Shown here one piece after another: positions 1-17,438 of a stretch of 64,000 nt of DNA. Each line of letters begins with the position of its first letter. Position 1 is the stretch's first letter. The stretch comes from Catajapyx aquilonaris (lineage: Eukaryota): contig JYFJ02001687.1 in NCBI GenBank assembly GCA_000934665.2, positions 1 to 64,000 of the forward strand, in the 5' to 3' direction. The notes beneath the pieces were generated by a model, which made no database searches, had not been told where the DNA came from, and saw only the letters and a list, made by a program, of their open reading frames with translations. Both the position numbers and the translations under genes were made by a program.

Positions 1-427
1 AATTTGGGTTCTTTCTGATTCCAACGACGTATCACACATTGCCAACAAGTCATTTTCAATTTTTGTCCCAGATGTTTACTTTTACGTGGAATTGCTCTTA
101 TGTATGTGCAACAGAACTTCTCACAGCCCCTCGCTCGCCCATGTTTCACAATAACATTATTTCAGAACGATACCAGAAGCATTCCAGAAAATTTGACAAG
201 GATCAAAATGATGGAAATCTACCTCCGATATTTCAACATGCCGGCAATCCCCAGGTTATACTGGTGGACCTTGTTTTATACCGGCATGGCACTTTGTGAG
301 GTAATACGGTATAAGTATGCATATACATAGCAACAGTGAAGATATTCATTTCTTGAGAAAAAGGGCGAATTAAATAGCATTTCCTGCATATAAAGAAAAT
401 TCCTGCTTATAACAGTAAATTTGGGTG

Positions 428-763
428 GTATGGGGAGGTGTGGTGGCCGCGATGGTAACGTCACGGCTTGCTGAGTGAAAGGCCCCAGGTTCAATCCCCG
501 CCTGGGGAACTTTCCTTTCACCTGGGTCGGGAGGGTCTCTGACCTGCACCTTGGAGGTGTCTGGCAACCTAACCTCCTGGGGGACAGCACATGACCCATG
601 TTGTAGACATTGCACTTGCACCCCATGTTCCCTCCCCAAAAATCCCTACCCCTACCCTACATCCTTGACTCCTTGCACCGGTGACTGAAGAAAAATGACA
701 GAGAAAACTGATGGTGGTGTGCCACCCCCCAAATAGGCCATTGATGCCTGGCAAGGGGTAAAT
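428..763 (+). mobile_element. tRNA-derived SINE, family A (tRNA-Gly-like head)
   Basis: Pol III A-box-like TGGCCGCGATGG (~444) and B-box-like GGTTCAATCCC (~488), followed by a ~270-bp body. A diverged reverse-strand copy lies at 10803-11142. Confidence 0.75.
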
Positions 764-2365
764 TTAAAAAAGAAAAAATAAAATTTGGGGTGGTCCCTTG
801 AAGAGTGTTATATCGAGAGTTTACTGTATATGCCTGTAAGATAAAACTTTGGTAACTGACACTTTAATGTGCTTCAACACAGCCATCAAAATTAGCAATT
901 CTGCCTTTTTTGAAACGGCCCTAATATCAAAAGGTCTTGAAACCACAGCATAGAAGTGTACGGGAGTGGAGCCACATGCCCCTGCACAAATAGCCACCCC
1001 ACAGCATGGGCCATTTCCGTCCAGACGTGTAAAACTACATTTTTCCCCGCCGCCCTGAGCCCTAGTGACTGGTACCTTACCTCTTCTGGGTAGCTGATCC
1101 TCCCCGCCCAAAGAGGGGCGGCCCCAGGCTCAGGCTGGCCCGCCCTGGTCAGCCACAAGTCCGCCACGCTCTGTGGGAAGTGGAAGCCGGAAACTGGAAA
1201 CTCACGCTGGAAACGAACTTGTCGGTTAAACACTTCAACAGCATGTCCAAACCTGAGGGCTGAGGCTGTACGCTGTGAGTAACCGTCGTCTGCTTTGGCG
1301 CTTCCGACTCTCATTGGCCGAGAGAGAAAGAGGGATGGCGGGACCAGTGGATGACATCCTGGTTGGCGACCCTGCGCACCTGAGTCCTGAGGAGGGCAAT
1401 CATTGGTCGGACAGGCAGCCATGTTGCAAAACTGCTATCACGCGACCTGTCTTTGCCACGCTGATTGGTCAGTATGAATGCGACGTAAAACATGGAGGCC
1501 TGCATGAGGCTTCAATGTATTCCATCTTGATTCTAATCGTGGGGAAGCGTGGGGGAAGTGCATGGAGCTGATTCCAATACATTTCCATACTAATGTCAAT
1601 TTAAAATATATATATATGGGTGGTCCACGCCTGCATGATTTATTCTGAACAGTGTATTCGATATTTAAATTATATGCAACATTTTTATGTGGATGTTTTG
1701 GCCTGTTCTGGCTGTAATGGTTATCACGTGGGTCGTGGGTCACCAATTAGCTTAGTTGTTGAGACTGCCATAAAAAAGGTCTCTGTAGTAAACTAACTGT
1801 AATCGCATTACTTTCTTAAGTTTTGTGTGCATGTAGTCGATGCAGCGTGAGTTCGGCAAAAGGCGGATGTGACTCCTACTAAAAATTACTTAGAATAATA
1901 ACTAGATAGTTGTGCTCATTTTTGACCCTATTATTTCCCATTTGGAAATTTACCATCTGTGCCTCCCATTTATACCGTAGTACCACTACCACACTTAATC
2001 AGTTGAATGAAGTTATCATCCACGAGGTCATTGAGGATATCAATCTTAAGGGACGTTCTCACGAGTGCAGTGTCTATCCTGTCATCACAGACAGAGTAGC
2101 AAAAAAGTAACTTCACCCAGCTTTGATCAACTGGTGGTTTTCACCATCGGGGTCGATCAAACTGCTTGTCATTTCTTATACATAAAACCGGTTATACACG
2201 CCTAGAAATAAAAAAATACGGTGAGTTTTTTTGTCCTAATTTGTACCCTTGAAAACTTGTCTCTATCCTATCAGTGGCGTTTGTGTGTAGTCTTCAAGCT
2301 AGAGAGGGTAGAGTTGTTCAATTGCTGATGTGTTTGGGTTCAATAAGGAGCGACAGTTGACAGCA

Positions 2366-8779
<6,414 letters not shown>

Positions 8780-8897
8780 TATGATGTTTGCTGATAATTT
8801 TCAGCAATGGTGGTTGGTATATTTTTTCAGGTGTTCAGAATTCTGGATATATTTGTTATGTACATGGGAAACTGTTGCAATGACTGTGTCACTGGGG

Positions 8898-9089
8898 AAT
8901 AAATGATACTCAGGTTCATGAATGGGTTTAGCATGTGTAATACAAGAGATGCTTGTTCTCATTTGGAATTCCAACTTTAAAACGTGGTGGGATGTTCAGG
9001 TTGTCAGTGGTACATAATAAGCCAGCCAGATAAAGCAGTAATACTAACCCATCATTCTGCCACCACCTGTTTACTCCTCAAAGAATAAA
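8898..9089 (+). promoter_or_regulatory. candidate polyadenylation signals of the DECR1-like gene
   Basis: AATAAA at 8898-8903 and 9084-9089, downstream of the stop codon. Confidence 0.4.
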
Positions 9090-9220
9090 CGCGCATATAA
9101 GGCCAGTCCCCTACTTACCATAGATACACCTTTAATATCTGTGCTACTTAAGTAAGTGAATTGTACCACAAAGTTTCCATAATTCGAAACTTGTTTTTTT
9201 GTTATACCATATACTGTAGA

Positions 9221-9368
9221 GTACTATCGGGTTCAAATACTTTTGGCCACTTTATCCTGGTCTTGAAGCAGCCCTTTGCACAGACCCCACGTTAAGGAGG
9301 TGTGTGTGTGTGAAGGGTTGCTTCAAGACCAGGATGAAGTGGCCAAAAGTATTTAAACCCGATAGTAC
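9221..9368. mobile_element. palindromic MITE, family C, copy 1
   Basis: ~60-bp inverted arms GTACTATCGGGTTCAAATACTTTTGGCCACTTTATCCTGGTCTTGAAGC. Homologous copies at 9476-9932 and 27470-27599. Confidence 0.8.
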
Positions 9369-9475
9369 TTTACATTATTTTATACCAAAGCCACTGTGCT
9401 ATCCAGTTGATGCCATGGTGAGTAGGAATGGGTCCTCTGCAATGCCTAGAAGTGGGTCTCCAATATCTGTCATGT

Positions 9476-9932
9476 GTACTATGGGGCTCAAATTGTTTTG
9501 GCCACTTTATCCTGGTCTTGAAGCAACCCTTCGCACAGGCCCCTTGGTGAGCAGGTGTGTGTGTTCATGTCTTCAATAAGGTGTGGGGACGGAGGTCTGG
9601 GTTTCTACTCGGTCCCCACAGTGTGTGTGACACACTGTGTACTATTAGAGTGGGGACATGTGTAAATTAGTGGGGACATGTCCCCACTATTTTCAGTTGT
9701 AGGGTTTCACAAAAGTCAATTTTTCTCAGCCTAGGTTAGTTAGTAAGTGTAGGTTAGGGTAGGGTAGGGTAGGTTAGGTTAGGTTAGTTTAGTTTAGTTT
9801 ACACTCGCTTCGAAAAGTTGAATTTTCACGTCCCCACGCCTTAGTGAAGACAAGGCTGTGTGTGTGTGTGAGTGTGAAGGGTTGCTTCAAGACCAGGATA
9901 AAGTGGCCAAAACAATTTTAGCCCCATAGTAC
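9476..9932. mobile_element. palindromic MITE, family C, copy 2, with a second TIR element nested at ~9566-9855
   Basis: Family-C arms at both ends. The inner element has TIRs TGTCTTCAATAAGGTGTGGGGACG / CGTCCCCACGCCTTAGTGAAGACA and a (TAGGT/TAGGG)n tract. Confidence 0.75.
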
Positions 9933-10569
9933 ATTGAGTGAAGAAATTATTTTAGGTGGGAAGATTTTAGTTGCCACATGCCACAATTTAGCGCATTTTC
10001 CCACAATTATCAGCATTTTACGTTACTACTATGTTCCATCGACTTCTTTGCGTATGTTGAAATTTTTAAAACACAAATACTGACTAAGGTGCTATGTAAG
10101 AAGAAACTTTCCAGCAAGTACACAAAAACATTGCAGTTCCACTATTCTGTCTGTCATTATCATTGCGGCAGTGGTATGCAATATTATCACGGGAAACAAC
10201 ATATCCCAGGCTTATAAGTTGAAGAAAATAATAGGAAATAAACTTCCCTAACAGGAATTTCTATAACTCGAAGTGCAGGTAGGGCATTACAATGGGATAT
10301 TGATGCATTTTCAGTTTTCCTAAGTCAAAGTTCATATTGGCGAGTACGGAAAATTGTCTCATTTCCCAGCCGAAGGATCGAGAGTAGGCCACATGTACAG
10401 AAAGGCTTTTTCCTGATCTCCGTCTACCAAAAGAGTGTTTGACTTGATTGACAATTGAATCCTTTATTAAGAGTGAGAGCCGATCTAAGAGTACCGGTAT
10501 GCAAATGTCCATAACAGAGTTTTTTGCAATAAAACAATGAGGAACATTGTAGTGTGATAGTGACAGTTA

Positions 10570-10631
10570 CTTTTAAGTTTTGAACACCTTTCGTTGCTGG
10601 CCAGCAACGAAAGGTGTTCAAAACTTAAAAG
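10570..10631. repeat. perfect 62-bp palindrome without spacer
   Basis: CTTTTAAGTTTTGAACACCTTTCGTTGCTGG|CCAGCAACGAAAGGTGTTCAAAACTTAAAAG, 31/31 complementary. Confidence 0.97.
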
Positions 10632-10802
10632 GTAGGCTTCCTTTTAGAGTTATGTGATTTAAAAATTCAAAACTTCTCTAACTCGAATCTTTTATAACTC
10701 AGAAGTTTTTTCCCTGTCCCGTGGGGATTCGACATAGAGAAGTTTTACTGTACATGTCAATTTTCATTGAGAACCATACAATAATTTATTTATTTTACTA
10801 TT

Positions 10803-11142
10803 ATTTACCCTGTGATAGAGAACAATGCCCTTATAGGGGGGTGGAACACCACCATCAATTTTCTATAATATGATTTTTCTTCCAATTCTGGTGCAAGGAA
10901 TCAAGGACATAGGGTAGGGATAGGGATTTTTTGGGGGAGGGAACACAGGTACAGGTGCAATGTCTGAAAAGGGGTTATGTGCAGTCTCCCAGGAGGTTAG
11001 GTTGCCAGACACCTCCAAGGCATGGGTCAGAGACCCTCCTGACGCAGGCGAAAGGGATCTCCCAGGCAGGGTTCAAACCCGGGACCTTTCGCACGGCAAG
11101 CCAAGACGTTACCGTCTCTGCCACCACACATCCCCACCATAC
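10803..11142 (-). mobile_element. tRNA-derived SINE, family A, copy 2
   Basis: Reverse complement aligns with 428-763 (shared TTGGAGGTGTCTGGCAACCTAACCTCCTGGG). Head resembles tRNA-Gly(GCC). Confidence 0.75.
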
Positions 11143-12912
11143 AATAATTAAAAAATTATTTAAGAAGATTTGGGTTTCAATTCAGAAGAATCACCCTGTA
11201 TAATGGCTGTTGATTACATTGAGAGCAGTTCCCTAATTGCATTCTAGCAGGATGCCATTCAGATGCACTTCTAAGCAGGTGCAAAACCATTTGCCTGCTT
11301 GGAACTGCATGTACAGGTCTGGACAGCAATACCAGTATTAGTTTGGATGCAGTTTATGAGTCCAACTCCTCCCACATTAATATTTCATTGCCAGTATTCA
11401 TTTCACTACCAAGCACAGACACTCTTAATTGACATTTGGGTCAGTGTTTCTTTAACTACTTTCTATTGGAAATACTTTACTTTCATAAAATCATCTGCTC
11501 CTAGAATAGTATGAACATTTGCTATAATGCAGTTTTAAATACTGTTTGTAGTTTACACTTCATGTGGTGCTTTTGAAAATTCTAGCTGGCAACACGATTG
11601 TAACGAACCCTGAGAAGTGTGATATGCCCATAAGTTGGTGGGACCAGCCACAAAGTACGAAATGCCTGCCCATAATGTCATCTATCTTGTTCTGTTTCTG
11701 CCAGTAGCATTTTTTCAGTGCCTTAAGGCCCACATCCACTTAAATTCAGGAGTTCAAGTGAGTAACGAGTATGATAGGCTTTGACAAAGTGCTTGGTAAT
11801 TGCATATCAAAACATAACAATGGCTTAGATAAAAATTGATCTTATCCAACTTTTTTTTGTCAAAGTCCTTGACATTGACCAGCGATGTCACAGCCAGCAG
11901 CCAGTCAGAAATCAGTTCACTCCAACTTGAGAAGAAGGCAAGAAGGAGAGCTGCTTATGCAGCTGCCTGACGAAGCCCTTTGCCTTGGACCTCACTTGAT
12001 TTTTCTGGATATATGCAGCACATATGAAAGGGTTGGTGTCAAAGGATTACAAGGCCTATATTTGAGAATGGATGCAAGTCTTTTCAAAAGTTGGTTGGTT
12101 CAAAAGCTGGGTCTTGGATAAACTACCTTGCCAGTAGAAAAATATAATCATTCTGTAAATAGCAGTCACTTTTCTGTTCATGCTTGACAGGTTCCCAAAT
12201 TATACAGGAATACGCTGTGTGTGAAAATACACCACCAAGACCAAAGAAAACTGGTGTGGACAAACTTCCACTGTATGCAGGATCCATCCATTACAGACAA
12301 TCATATTTTTCATTATGAATTTCAATTTTCCTGGGCATCATTTAACAGAAAATGTTGGTACAGTACAAGAGAAAAGGTTCTATCAACTATATATGCGAAT
12401 GGACCTTGATTTGGGAGTTACACATCATCACCACCATCTTCACGGTGTTTCCCAAACAGATATGGCGTTGCCAGTGGATATTGAGGAGGAGGTCCTCAAT
12501 ATCCTTGTATGACCAAATACATATACAAAAAATCTGAAGCCTGGTCAGGGACTCGCAGATAATTTAAAAGGCGCGGGGGGGGGGGGGGGTANGGGGTACA
12601 ACAGATTGCCGACAGGACAGGCTATGCTGGGATGTTGACTTCGGCGGTGTCCCAGGTGACGCCCACCAACAAAGGATGGGCGAGGCAGGAGTACCATCTC
12701 ATTGCTGAGTTGTTGGCACCACCAGACTGCATCCCGTCACCTTGCATGGGACAAAGGAGGACACCAAAACCTCCAGGCCTCCAGATGGAACGCCTTCTAC
12801 TTGCCGAATGAACATGCTATGCTGGGATGTTGACTTCTGTGGTGTCCCAGGTGACTTATTTTCCTTTTGTTATTCTTGCCTTTCTGTGCCACTTACTGAT
12901 CGCCTTGACATC

Positions 12913-12977
12913 ATGTCAGTTTCAAAATTGTTGCCCATTAGGGTGGTAAAAGTGGGTGATAATTTGGAGACTGACAT
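12913..12977 (+). ncRNA. candidate pre-miRNA-like hairpin (not a family I recognise)
   Basis: 26-nt arms (12913-12938 / 12952-12977) give 20 Watson-Crick pairs, 5 G-U pairs and 1 mismatch on +, with a 13-nt loop. A lower stem continues to ~12855-13025. Confidence 0.3.
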
Positions 12978-13741
12978 AAAATGATAAATGATATCAGTAA
13001 ATGACAGAGGAATAAGGAGAAAAATTCAGCTTCATATCCCCAGTCACTCCCAGCCTGATCAGCTTAACTTAGCATTAAGGGGGGGATAAAGAGAATTGGG
13101 GAGTAAAGGATCTCGCTAACTAACAACAGCAGAACCCATTTTTTTTTTGTGGAAGTGTAACTGACCTCTCTCTCTTACACATGTGTGTGGTACTTTTTCC
13201 ATATTCTTAATATAGTGTTTTTAAAAGTCATTTGCATACGCGAGTAATTTACACCGTCGTGAAATTTTAAGTGATGTCGTAACAAGCACCCAAAAATGCG
13301 CAAAAAATTGGTGCTCCTGACCAGTAAAGCCGATTTTTTTGTTTAGCTATAACCTTTTGGCAAATAATAATTTTGTCAAAATTTGACTGATTTGAGAACT
13401 ACTAGAAGTTGGGGGAACCCTAATTTTCATGGTTTTTATTATGCCTAGAGGGAATGGTCAACCCCAAACGCGACCCTTCTTTTGTGAAGGGAGGGTGGGA
13501 TCCAGTGTCTCCTCTTTCAGCCAGAGTTGCAACTCGAAGAAGTCCGGATTCTCTATATCCCCTTGGCTAGTCCACATGCCCAGCAGATTGTTTACCTGTC
13601 GACTCCCACTCTGCTAACAAAGCACCTGCCTGAAACTGAAAATGCTTTTGACTTCCCGTTCCCAACCAGAATGGTTTGGAAATTACATCAAGCATCCATA
13701 GGTTCCAGGACCCCCGGCAGATACCAAAATTCACCTTATGG

Positions 13742-14412
13742 TGTGTTCGAATGAAACATAAGTGAGGCAATATCTCAGGAGCTATTTGTCTCAGTTGAGT
13801 GCTAGTGGTATCTCTCAGTAGGCACTTGCATGGCTAATTTTCATGCATAGTAGTTAGTAGTCATTATGCATGTAGTGGGAAGGAGAGCATTTTATGCAAA
13901 TCTCCCAGGGCTACGGATTCGTCCAAGCAGGCACAATTCACCATCATCCCTTTTCCTCATCAAGGAAGGAACTTCACCAGTGGACATTGTCCATTGGATG
14001 CCAAATGCATGTGGGAAAACCTGCTTCGACCACAACACCTTGGTGGACAGATTGGTGCAGAAAACCACTAAGGAAATGTTCTCTCGAAAGGTCCTCTATG
14101 CACACACGTCTGGACAAAAATTCCCTACACCTTTTGAAGAGAGTTTTGTGGTTGAAACAGACATTCCCATGGACCTTCTGCATCCAATGGACAATGTCCA
14201 CTGGTGAAGTTCCTTCCTTGATGAGGAAAAAGGATTATGGCGAGTTGCGCATGTTTGGACGAATGCTCTCCTGCCCACTAAAGGCATACTGACTACTAAC
14301 TTGTCTGCATGAAAATTAGCCATGCAAGTGCCTACTAAGAGATGCCACTAGCATTCAACTGAGACAAATAGCTCGTGAGATATTGCCTCACTTTGTTTCA
14401 TTTGAACCCACA
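13742..14412. repeat. long inverted repeat (foldback), ~270-300-bp arms
   Basis: Arms are highly similar, e.g. TTTTCCTCATCAAGGAAGGAACTTCACCAGTGGACATTGTCCATTGGATGC occurs in both orientations. Spacer ~100 bp. Confidence 0.92.
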
Positions 14413-14668
14413 TTATTATGCTTAAGTCCCTTACATAAAATGGTGTTGTGTAACATATTCTCCTGTATACTTTAAATCTCTAGATTAGGCTACTTATAAT
14501 ACCTAATACAATGTAAATGCTGTCACACAAAACTATTTAGGCTACACAGCATTTACATTGTATTAGGTATTATAAGTAATCTAGAGATGATTTAAAGTAT
14601 ACAGGAGAATATGTTACACAACACCATTTTATGTAAGGGACTTATGCATAATAATGTGTGTTCAAATG
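14399..14668. repeat. inverted repeat, ~120-bp arms, made of MER2-like sequence
   Basis: 14399-14522 is the near-exact reverse complement of 14546-14668. Confidence 0.92.
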
Positions 14669-15264
14669 TATTGTAGTGCTCTGTGCAAATTCAAGTACCG
14701 GTAACTTTATGGAACTTTCCATTTTTATTCTGAATATTTTTGTTTTGTGATTGGTTGAATCCGCTGATACGGAGGGCCCACTGTATAAGTTCATAAGACC
14801 TTATATAGTTATATGTATCAACATTGCCCATCAAATGAGGTCAGTTTCAAGAAAATCAGGCTTGGACAGCAGTTGCTGTTTCCTTGTTATAAAATAGGTC
14901 AAAGAACCGCCTTTCCTGACCATTGTGGGGGATTACTGACCATCATGTAAGTACATTCTCCTGTGACTTGTACCCCTTAAAAAATGCAGGTCAAATTGGA
15001 AGTCACCTCCTGTGGAAACCTATAGAGAGTAGGGGCCTATATTGACGTTTTTGGGAATAACAATGAGTTACTTGGAATAAAACAGTGGGCTATTGGTTTA
15101 AAGTCATTAAAGGGTTTGAATTACTGTGATTTTCAAAGTTTTAATTTGCATTTCTCTCAGAGAATTAGTGTTACCCAGAGGTTGAAGTGGAGATTTTACT
15201 TCCAGTCGAAGAAAGACTGGAATGTTCATTTTTTTTTTTCCACAGTTGAATGCTGCCATTATCA

Positions 15265-15870
15265 TCAGTAACATGTATGAAGCATTCATTGCAAAGTTAG
15301 CCACCTTTTTCCTTTTCCCTCACCAATTTTTATGATGCTGTATACCTGCAGGACTTATGGCAATGTATCTTTGGGACAACTGGTTTGGCTATGTAGTGAT
15401 TGGTTGTCTACTTACAGGGGCAGGGGGCAGGTAATGTCATCCTATTCGGCTGAGGTCATATTTTGGAAATAGCTAGATATCCCCCTCAAATCCTGTGCTA
15501 AGGTATAGAATGATGATAATTTCAAAATATCTTTTTATGTTCTTTCTTGTGAACATGCATTTTGAGTTTTATTTTTTGAAGCAAACAAAAAAAAACATAC
15601 ATGTTCATGAGAAAGAAAGGAAAGAGACATTTTAAAATAATGTATGACTTAGCTCAAGATTCATACGCCATACATATTTGATATTTCCAACTCTTCAAGG
15701 GCGACATTATCTGCATCTCTATGTACAGTAGTCAACCAATCAGTACACACATGGCCAAACCACTTGTCCATTAGTACTGTCGATACACCATATAATCATA
15801 TTGGTGTGGTAAAGGAAGAAGATAGCCAACATTAATGATTATGGAGAATGCTTCATATATCATAACTGTC
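15265..15870. repeat. old, degenerate ~600-bp inverted repeat
   Basis: Nested collinear anchors: TATGAAGCATTC/GAATGCTTCATA, TGGTTTGGC/GCCAAACCA, TGATTGGTTG/CAACCAATCA, TGAACATG/CATGTTCA. Centre near 15575. Confidence 0.75.
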
Positions 15871-16725
15871 TGCTAACCTTCTGATTTACTCACATAGACA
15901 CTGATGACATAATGGGATGAAGGAGTGGTGTGGTATTCCCCACTTCTTTTTGGCTAAACCTAGTCACACTTTTTTCTATGTATAACATTTTGGATGTTAG
16001 GAAGACTAGGGACACAGATGGGCATGTTCCACTACTTATTGTGACAAGTTAGGGTTGAGCCATTATAGTGACTTCACAAATACCAGCACAAGTTTGAGAA
16101 GGAAATACAACTCTACTATCTTTTAACAATCACCTCCTCAACAACTTGATCCAGTTAAGTCATGAAAAAAAAGAAGAGGACACTTGGGTGAATACATACA
16201 TTGGTGTAAGGATTTTTCGACCCTGTCATGCAATCCATTCATTTTAATTTGGATTCCTGTTACTCAAAAGTCTGTTTTTGAATTGGAGTTTTGTCTTAGA
16301 AACAATAATGGGCAGGTGCACTGTTTATATCTTGATGCCATTACATCGAATAAACTATAGGTAGAGGAAAACATACTGTAAAGTGTGTAACAGGGGTAGT
16401 TGTTGGGTTGGAGTGATGATACTGCTGGAGGAGAAGTGCCGAGTGCAGAGCATGTATTTACATCCCACCCATCCAACCCCTCTTAATATGTCTAACCTCT
16501 GCTTCAATGCCATTGTACAAGTTGTGCAAAAGTGTCAAACCAACTTCAGTTTTACAATATTTTTACAATTGTTTCAGCTGCATAAGACATAATAACTTCT
16601 CACATTTCATTCTCCCAGCCTCCCCTCAATCTCATACTCATGGCATGCAAAATTTTGGGAAGGCATATGTAGCCCCATATTTCTGGCACAAGTACTGTTG
16701 GCGACAGTGTGTAACTGCCATGCAT

Positions 16726-17438
16726 TCAGTTAAAAATAAGGTGTTGTGGAAGCAACACCTGTGCCACCATGTACAAGAAACGGGCATACCAATGCACTCC
16801 CTCCTCCTGTTGTTGCACCAATAAGTGTCTCTTTTGCCCTACCAAGTTTAAGGTGGACAAGTAATCCATCAAGTGCGTGATTCCTGCATGCATGTTTGCA
16901 TAGAGTCTAACAGGTGCAAATGCCCAATGGGCCAAACTTGCATCGTCCACCACTGCATAACATGACGCCACGACGCCATCTACTATCACTGTCCCGGCGG
17001 CTGTCAACGGCGCATATACACCTTTCTCCACTGTTGTCCTTACTTCCACAACCTCATCACCTTTGAGTTCAGATCCTCCAGCACCATTGAGAAGTGGCCA
17101 CTGTGACCCTGTATGCACTATAACCTGGTGCCCAGGCCTCAGGCCATGGGCAAAAACAGTTCTGGCCATCCCATTGCGTAGTATGTACACCAGATGGTTG
17201 GGTGTCACAGTCAGGGTGCGTCCTGATGCAGTTCGTACCACATGAAAGAGGCGTTGCTCCTGAGGACTACGGTCCAGGAAGAGCAGGACTTCACTGTAGT
17301 AGACATAACCAGAGTGGTCCATGGCTAGGACTGTCTGGCCGGGCCTCAAGTCGGACACAGGTTTGGGCCCATAGTCCTGAGTGTGTACCATGCTTGTTGA
17401 TGTGAAGCAACCACCAGATTTGACTGCTTGGGATGACT
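16726..17438 (-). CDS. hh: hedgehog coding exon 3 (end of HhN, Hint autoprocessing domain, SRR)
   Basis: Acceptor CTGCCTTTACAG|AG gives (E)[19 protein letters not shown]. The catalytic Cys codon starts at 17409. Stop ends at 16726. Confidence 0.95.

Larger units (their letters stand above)
13701..14783 (+). mobile_element. rearranged Tigger/pogo-type MITE resembling MER2/MER2B
   Basis: Collinear segments GGTTCCAGGACCCCCGGCAGATACCAAAAT (13701), AAGTCCCTTACATAAAATGG...GTATACTTTAAAT...CTTATAATACCTAATACAATGTAAATGCT (~14424-14521), GCAAATTCAAGT (~14685) and TTGGTTGAATCC...GATACGGAGGGCCCACTG-TA (ends 14783) match my recollection of the MER2/MER2B consensus. Not database-verified. Confidence 0.6.

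Noticed and set aside
9730..9800. TTAGG-like repeats as an interstitial telomere
   Set aside because: Short, mixed TAGGT/TAGGG/TAGTT units located inside a TIR element.
12914..12937. Resemblance of the hairpin 5' arm (UGUCAGUUU...) to vertebrate miR-223
   Set aside because: Only the first 9 nt match, and miR-223 is vertebrate-restricted. Treated as coincidence.
13866..14323. Overlapping 75-132 aa ORFs
   Set aside because: They lie in the inverted repeat, mirror each other and show no recognisable domain.
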